Assembly (NCBI GenBank): GCA_964016885.1
Contig: OZ024750.1
Coordinates: 46,810,001 to 46,874,000 of the forward strand
Direction of reading: 5' to 3'
Length of the DNA stretch: 64,000 bases
DNA from: Eledone cirrhosa
Lineage: Eukaryota
In this document: positions 55,091-64,000 of the stretch, one piece after another
Position numbering within the stretch: position 1 is the first letter of the stretch
Layout of the letters: each line of letters begins with the position of its first letter
Made by a program: the position numbers and the translations under genes
Notes under the pieces: generated by a model
The model's database searches: none
What the model saw: only the letters and a program-made list of their open reading frames with translations
What the model was told of the DNA's origin: nothing

Positions 55091-57839
55091 ATGTGTGTGA
55101 GTGTGTGTGTGCATGTGTGTGTGCGTGTGTGTGTGTATGAGTGTTTGTGTGTGTGCGTGCGTGTGTAACAATATATTTTCAATTCACGTTTTCACACAAG
55201 AAATCTTGCCAAACAAATAAAAAAATGTAGTATATACACATATACACAAATATGCATTGTATTGACAAGGTAAGAATGCAAACCTACAATGCATGGAGAT
55301 ACTTAAAGCTGTACTTGACGACTGTATAGAAACTAAACTCGGGATTTCTATGGCGGGGTATTAGGTATAAGCTTTACTTCTAATATTAGTAAAGGGTGAA
55401 AGCTTTGCGGACTTATGGATAAAAACTAGTAGGATAGTGCTAGTGCTCATATACAAACCTTTCCAAACTTTAATTCCCAATTTCTATTTTTCTAAAATAA
55501 TAATAGAAATAATATGATTTTAATACAGAAGTTAATAAAACATTTAATGGTAAATAAATACTAACCATACACTTTTGAAAAGAAACGAAGTCTCTGAAGT
55601 CATACATATATTTGAGGAAGATTGTCAGCCATAAGATATAGATGTATCTTGCATGTAGTTAGGAACTTTAGAATAAAATAAATTACTAACTGTGAATGTG
55701 TAAACTGTTCCTAGATTTCTAGAAACATTGAGTAAAAAAAAAAAAGGAATGGAAACCATGATATGGCAACGATTTGTCATTATATCTCACGAAAACAAAC
55801 TGTTTAAATATGTTGTGTACATGGTGGAATGAACTAAGTTGCAAAATAATTTGTTCTTCTCTATAAATATCTTCCTTTAGCTAGCAACGAAGACCCATCT
55901 CCGAAAAAAAAAAGAAAAAAAAAAGGATTATGAACGCTGCGTTCCTGACTAACAATAGAACATTTTAAATAAGAACATTGGTATTTCTTTATTGATACAC
56001 TAATCAAATATATTGCAAGATGTAAACAAATTATGTACATATCACTTTTGAAGAATTACATTTAATAGTTTTATGCACGTAATGAAGACGCTAGATGTTT
56101 TCCCGAATACAAAATAATCTAACATTCGCTGTTTTCTAATAAGTCTGTATTTGGTAACATGAAATGTTTAATTCTTTCCCAAGTGATAGGCAGATTGTTA
56201 TTTATGCCTGTAGCTTAAAATGTACCTATTTGAAGGTTGTATGGAGGTCGAGACGCTTGTTATGAGTTCTAATGAGGGAACACCTAGATTACGAGTTCAA
56301 TTATTTCTGCATATTATTTTACTCTTAGTTCAATGAAACGTCCATGTTGTACGTCGGACGTAAACCTCATCTGACTTGAAAATAAATAGATTCTGACTGT
56401 ACGTAATCAGTGTTCCCTGAGAATATTGCACACACGTAGTGAAGGAAGAGCTTCGCAATTATTCACTTAACCTCGAGCCATTATACTTAATGTAGTGAAG
56501 AAAGTAATCTAATGAATTTATAATACTTATGCTGTGAGAATCTGAAGATATTAGCTCAATGACTAATATTATTTTAATCTGATCGTGACAAGTTCTGGCG
56601 ACAGCATCGGACATACTTCGGCCATAACTGAGAAACTCATATTTTATTCTATTATCATTAATAATATGAAGAGAAAAGTAATAATAACAGTATGAACATT
56701 TTAGGCTGTTAATAATAATATATATGAAAATGTTATTAATACATTCTAAACACTCATCTAAATTCTCTAATCACCAGCTCCAGGACGTGTTGTGTAAATA
56801 CATTATATATTTGAAAGGTGTTTGGGGAGCATACTTAAGGAATCCATATTTGTATAGCTGTTGCGCAATACAGAATCTGACAGAATGTATTATATCATTG
56901 CATTTAATTTGTAAAGCAATCTACTTCCAGATTTCCTTTCCTCCTTTAGATATATTGCAATACCAACAGACCGCTTAAATGTTAAATTATTTTGTCATAT
57001 ATAATGGATATTGTTAACAATGATTAATCAAAACTACATATACCACTTGAGTTTATGTGGATATTGATAGCTTGTAAATGTCTCTTAAGTGCCAAAACTG
57101 TGGTCATTTCTAAAGTAATGTTATTCATGGGAATTGTAAGACATACGGGTAATTATGTAGATAAAACAAAATAGTTCTTCTAGATTTCATATATAATATA
57201 AACTACTTTCTTTCAATTAGATTGTTAATTATACTTTCCTATTAAATTATCTTGTTCAGAAAGTAAAATCATGAACACAAATGGTTAGAAATTTTGATGA
57301 ATTGAAATACAGTGAGAAAATAACGCCTTTAGTTAGAACAAGATTTCTACCGGAATTCAAGTGTTTGCATTAAGTGTTTTGATTCTTATTTCTCTAATGA
57401 CATGATTTCCCTCGCTGTTAAAAACAATGTTTCCACTCTGTTGGAATTTAGACGAAATGTGACTTCCGCCTGTGACTGGTTCCGCGACATTTGTGTCAGT
57501 AATATGTTTCCTGGATTCGAAAGTATAATTAATATAAATGTGGGCAATAATCACACGAATTACAGAATATTCTATGAGGAATTGTGATGAGCATGGAGGT
57601 TTTCGATCATCCAACTTATGAACCTCTGACTTTATCACATAGCATGTATTCATTTTCTCATACCATTTTAAAGGGTCCGTCAAACTGCCGATTATTGAGT
57701 CGGGTAAGATCGATACAGATCGAACATTGAGCTGATCAGTGGGGAAACTCGCCTCACCTACCAATAAATGTAATGAACGAGTAAGCAATCATCCTTGTTA
57801 TCCTTTTAATATATATATATATATATATATATTGAAATG

Positions 57840-57914
<75 letters not shown>

Positions 57915-58230
57915 GTAGAAGTTATATTTAATTTGTTGGGATACAACAAGAAAATATTTTTATAACTGATAAAAAGCACTCAACAAATTTTGGGAGTAAA
58001 AAAAAAATATATATATATATAAAATCTAACAATTTTTCTTCCCCCATTTATTATTCGTTTAAATATGCAACTTAAATGTATTATGCACATCCAAATTTGA
58101 AAGGGCATATAATGTAGTAGCATTATTAAATGCGGAAATACTCACTTTATATATAAATGTTTTGATATTATACTGAAAAAATGTCCCCACCATTTTCTAC
58201 TGATTTTTTTTTTCCTTTCCACTATTTGTT

Positions 58231-58314
<84 letters not shown>

Positions 58315-58919
58315 GCTACAAATCAGCTGCATGAATTAAATAAAACAAACCATACGCGACTGATCATTTTAGAGACTAAAATTATGAATCCAACGGTTTT
58401 GAAATTGCAACATGTCCAGTAACACTCGTGTTAAACAAATTGCATTCTTTTGGCGGATACAATATTAAACTGTCAACAATATATCATTATATTCCCGATA
58501 TGTATCTGAAAGCCTAAAGTGTCGTAAGGACCCGCCAATTATATACATATATATATATATTAATATATATATATATTTTGTTTATTTTTTTATATATGAA
58601 TATTGATTGTTCCTTATATCTCATTCTGTTATTTTGCCCGAGAAAATATCTGTGTGTCATCAAATGTTGTACACACATAGATATTTTTTCAATTTACAAT
58701 TGAGTTCTTAGCACGTGGCCTGAATTCCTTTCAGAATTAATTGTCATGCGCATATATTTTTTTTTGGCGGTAATTTGCTTCCTCGTTTTTTGAATCAGTT
58801 TGAGCACTTCTTTAGAACTGGTGGACTGGCAACCTGACAGATACGTCAGGCACTGAGGATGATGATTATCGCTAAATGGTGATGTTGGTTAGATTATCAA
58901 TATTAGTATTATTGGGGCA

Positions 58920-59046
58920 CTCACTGATGAATTATAGGAGCCCACTTGAATATATATCTATTGATGGTATACAAGCTCCTACATAAATTGGTATAATTTC
59001 ACCCAAATTGTAGGAATCCTATAATGAAACGAGACGGTCGTCTGGG
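58920..59046 (+). ncRNA. Type I hammerhead candidate with a large stem II insertion
   Basis: ctca CTGATGA ATTATAGGA [77 nt] TCCTATAAT GAAACGA gacgg TCGTC tggg. Confidence 0.65.
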
Positions 59047-59679
59047 AAGAGATATATTAGATATGTCTCATTTGAAATAATACAGCCAATTTTCCACGCA
59101 ATACTTTTAGTTAGCACCCCGAACACATAATTGGGAATATAATCACTTATTTCCTAATGTTTGTTGAGTGAGTTGGAATTTGGCCGAGGTATCGCTAAAA
59201 AGCTTTCTCCGATATTGTATTTATTTATTATATATATATATATATAATATATAAATAATATCCCTTCAAAAAGCGCATCTGCTTACTGCTATTGCATTAT
59301 AATAAAATCCAATTTTGGAGTGTAAAAGCAAACTACATTATATTCCAGGGATTACTTAATGCTACTCCATTCTGCATACGAACAAGATTTCTTAAGTACT
59401 AAAAGCAATACGTCAAACATCTGCTTGTTCAATCATACTTTCGACAGAAACCTTACACACATACACACATACATTAATCACACACACACACACATATATA
59501 TATATATAACTACCTATATATATATACATATATAAATATACATATATACATTTATGAATACCTATATATATATATATGTATACACACACACATACACCTC
59601 TTTCTATTACCCACTCTACTAGCCTAAGTTATGGTCCATATGGTTCCTTACCACACCTCCTTCGATATATAGGTATAAC

Positions 59680-59724
<45 letters not shown>

Positions 59725-59728
59725 TATA

Positions 59729-59887
<159 letters not shown>

Positions 59888-59904
59888 TTATATATATATA
59901 TATT

Positions 59905-60129
<225 letters not shown>

Positions 60130-60290
60130 TGTATTTATCGCAATACAGGTGACGGGTGTTCAGGCAGTATTCGGGGAGGAAACAACAATTACATTAACAT
60201 GTCTTTATAATAACTAGGATTGTATTTTTTGTAAATATGTAAAGAAGTGTAGGAAAATGGTTACGGTGTAAATTGCTCGATGTACCAACA

Positions 60291-61218
60291 TCTATATGTA
60301 TATATAAAACTGAGGGTGTCTGTCTATGTGTGTGTGAGTTTCAATCCCTAAAACTCGAGAACCACCCAACCGATTGTTTTCAAACTTTACAAATGTAATA
60401 CTTATGATTCACGGAGTGTTGTGACCAAAAAAAAATTCAAATTTCCAATGCCCCAGGGAACGCATTATACGATTTGGGCTCTCTCTCTCTTTAATTCTTA
60501 GTCTTTTTCTTTTTAGATAGATACATACATATAACGTCGCGCCCTTATAATATCTGTCTGTATTTCTGCCTGTCTGCATTACGTTACTTCCCTGAGGATG
60601 TATGTGTGTGTGTGCGTGTGTCTGTGAGTTTGAATCCCTAAAACTCGAGAAGTACCAAACCAATTCTTTTGAAACTTTACATGTGTATTACTTATGTTTC
60701 AGGGAATGATAAGCACAGAAAATTCAACATTTTCTCTCATAGGGCCCGCAGTAAGTAAAAAACTGCGTTTTTAAGCTTTTAAGGGTTTCTTGAGGCGTTA
60801 CGCCAGACCGATTTCCTTGAAATTGAAACTATGTAGCAGTCAGTCTCTTCTTCATACCGTGAGTAAAGAAAATCCAACATTTTTATGGCCTAGAGCCCGC
60901 ATTAGATGAAACACTTTATTTTTTCAGATTTTAAAGATTTTTTGAGGCGATACGTCTAGACGATTTTCCTAAAATTTCAAAGCATATTATGCACATAAAA
61001 ACAATTCACTTTCTTGAGGCCCTAGGGCCCGCATTAGGTGAAAACCCGCATTTTTCCTGCTTCATCGAGGAACATCTTAAAGATTATTCAGCCATCAGAG
61101 TATTCGGTTTATTTTCTTTACATATTGTCCAGGCATGCAGTTTTTCCACGATTAGGTCTGTATGGCGGACCGCGTTCCAAAGTACCTTATCCCGTGCAAC
61201 GCTAGATACCACTGCTAG
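60291..61218 (+). mobile_element. Non-autonomous Helitron-like element with internal repeats
   Basis: A|TC 5' end (tctatatgtatatataaaa) and CTAG|T 3' end after cccgtgcaacg. Internal duplication at about 60309-60415 / 60592-60700 and repeated gggcccgca units. Confidence 0.6.
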
Positions 61219-61302
61219 TTTGAAATAAAACGCAGCAGAGTTGGAATTAGTATTAAGCCTGGTGGATGTAACATCCCGTGATTCTATTATTCAGACGACA
61301 GG

Positions 61303-61520
61303 GCAGTGGATTGGCAGTATCGGTAGGGGGTCGGGCGCCATGCTTTGCAGCAAAGAGTTACGGCCCTTTATGATCTGAATTCAAATCCCACCGAGGTTAA
61401 CTTTGCCTTTCATCCTACCCGTTTCGATAAAATAAAGTAGCAGTTACACACTGGGGTCGTTGTAATCTACTTTCCCTTCTCCCAAAATTGTTGGCCTTTT
61501 GCCTTTATAAGAAGCCATTA
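61303..61520 (+). mobile_element. tRNA-derived SINE, abundant family, full length
   Basis: Match to the main SINE consensus. Confidence 0.8.
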
Positions 61521-61529
61521 TTCGGACGA

Positions 61530-62200
61530 CGTGTTATTACTTAACTCATCAGAACATGATGTCCGACATGCATTTGACATATCTACTGCCGGGTGCTGCA
61601 CAACAAGTATTAAAATCAATGCTGCGAGGGCTGAGATACGTGTTTTGACAAGAAGGTCTACGCAATGCACTACATGTAATTTGAGTTCCACGAAATCAGA
61701 TGTAGAAGTTCATTAATCTTGGGGCTGAGATCACGTATGTTGGAATGTAACAGGCTGAATTATGTGCAGGAATTACAGGAGCTGGTGCAGTAATTTACAA
61801 TCTCCAGCATTCGGTCGTCGGGAGAAGGGAGGTAGGTCTGAAAGTTAAGCTCGCTATCTTAAATTTGTTATTCATACCAATACTGAAGTATAGCCACGTG
61901 TCTTATGTAATGACGGAAACAATAATATGATTCAACGAGATAAGGTTACTCTAAAAGGCCTATACCATGAGATCTTTTCTTGCTAGCTATAAAGGAAATC
62001 CCAACTAAGTCAATTACCAACTCAGAAGATACGTAGAAATAGGGCACCATTCAGAAAGCGTTAACTGGACGACGGAATTGCAGGTCGTCTTTTCGATATT
62101 ATCTGCTGGGAGGTACGCTCTTTATTTTCTGACCTTGCGAGGATTAGCCATGAGATAAACACCTCTAATTCGGAAATGTTGAACGTCAATTAAGACGGGG
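61530..62200 (+). mobile_element. Highly decayed RTE LINE 3' fragment
   Basis: Similar to 29140-29740 (agaagttcat..., gaagggaggtaggt..aaa, ..tatagccacg..gtaatgacggaa). Confidence 0.55.
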
Positions 62201-62597
62201 AAGGCTTTATTGTGTCGCCATTAAGGGCAATCGATACAGCACCAGTTGAAGTTGTCCTTGAAGAAAGCCGTTCTCATTTTATTACCACTAAACCTCACGG
62301 CTAGTTTCAGATCAAAGCTCACTTCAATGTTTTATAAACTGAAGCGTCCTATCAGCAAACATCACTTGATTAACTCGCATCTGGCTCTTTTCCTTCTGAG
62401 GAACTGATTCGTTATCCCGAAGCGTTTGCATAAATGTGCACGCCACCTTGCTACAATCATACATCCCATCTCACAGATGTTGGTTCCTGCTAACAGGTGG
62501 TGTTGTGTAGATGAGATATGCAATATCTTGTGTCGATGATACATCTTTGATTCTGCATTTCGGTGTGATAGAGCATATGAACAGGTTTATTATTATT

Positions 62598-62674
<77 letters not shown>

Positions 62675-62917
62675 GGCGTGTGTGCGCGTGTTTGTGTGTC
62701 TGCGTATGCTTGCACGTGTTTGTTTGTGCATATATACATATATGTATTGTATGTATACATGCGTATATTATAATATCTCTTTAAAATACTACAGCGTTTA
62801 GAAAATTGCAATAGCAAGTGATTGGGCATACAAATGCGATTTGGGAGAGAGCAGATTATTTATATACAGTTAGTATATACATATGTATATATATATGTAT
62901 ATATGTATATATAACTA

Positions 62918-63092
62918 TTTATTAAAATAACAGATTAAAGTTTAAGCAGAAGATCCCGTTAAGGGTGAAAGCAGCGATTCTTTGCTTAAACTTTAATCTG
63001 TTATTTTAATAAATATTTGCTCTACAGTTCTTATATATTTGATATAGATTTATCCTTATCGCGCCCTCTTTGGATTTTTGTCTTCAAATTTA
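62918..63092 (+). mobile_element. Family B mini-element with a fold-back joined at the HHR core
   Basis: 62918-62948 is the reverse complement of 62983-63013, and the junction overlaps CAGAAGA. Confidence 0.8.
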
Positions 63093-63102
63093 TTATTATT
63101 AC

Positions 63103-63172
<70 letters not shown>

Positions 63173-63632
63173 TATATGTATACGTACATATATATGTGTG
63201 TGTATATATATATACAGAGAGAGAGAGAGATGTGTGTTCGCGCTTCTGTTTCATTGGATAATGATTTGTTCCATTTATAATATATTCAGAAGACTGCAAC
63301 GATTTTCTATAGATCACAGTCTTTAGAACTAAAAAAATAAAATAGAAGCAAGTCAGCTATAAGAATAGAAAATGTAATTATTTATCAACAATAGGAAAAA
63401 ATATATAAGTGAAATATTTACTGCCTAAAATATCTCTAGAAATACGCCTGATTTATAAATAATGTGATCATTTTTTTTTCTCTCTTTCTCTCGATATATC
63501 TATTTCTAAGATTTACGACAGCAATGTCAAGTGAGGAGCAGGGATATAAAACACATTCCATACAACGACATCAATTCCTTAAACATTATATAAGTTTGTT
63601 CCTTAGGATTAACTTGGCTAACAACAGAAATG

Positions 63633-63717
<85 letters not shown>

Positions 63718-63734
63718 TATAGTAATAATAATAC

Positions 63735-63878
63735 ATTTGAAGACTAAAATCAAAAGAGGGCTCAATAAGGATAAATCTATATCAAATATATAAGAACCGT
63801 AGAGCAAATATTTATTAAAATAACAGATTAAAGTTTAAGCAAAGAATCGTTGCTTTCACCCTTAACGGGATCTTCAGA

Positions 63879-63881
<3 letters not shown>
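63735..63881 (-). mobile_element. Family B mini-element, HHR with canonical CTGAAGA core (63831-63880)
   Basis: Minus strand: ctt CTGAAGA t CCC gttaa GGG t GAAAGCA acgattctt TGCTT aaactt. The 5' strand of stem I is truncated by (TA)n. Confidence 0.75.
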
Positions 63882-63931
<50 letters not shown>

Positions 63932-64000
63932 AAAAACAATAAAACAACAATAACGAAGAGTGCAGTACAAACAGTGCTGGAAATAGGTTCACGCTTCAGA

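Overview
AT-rich, microsatellite-dense animal genomic DNA. The SINE families and the very long (TA)n tracts suggest an octopus or other coleoid cephalopod (inference). The window appears to lie inside long introns of a minus-strand kainate-like ionotropic glutamate receptor gene, of which two phase-0 coding exons are visible (30337-30450 and 10869-11066). The introns hold two Penelope-like retroelements (RT + GIY-YIG, each with an inverted pseudo-LTR), decayed RTE, Tx1/L1 and R4/Dong LINE fragments, a non-autonomous Helitron and many tRNA-derived SINEs. The main unannotated signal is a dense set of type I hammerhead ribozyme (HHR) motifs, roughly 9 with an intact catalytic core plus about 15 degenerate or half copies. 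They belong to several small non-coding repeat families. Most sit in (TA)n tracts and form fold-back palindromes whose breakpoints fall at, or just 5' of, the ribozyme core. This looks like a Penelope-dependent, retrozyme-like system. All structures were read by eye; no folding, alignment or database search was run. Nearly all long ORFs in the supplied track are microsatellite artefacts.
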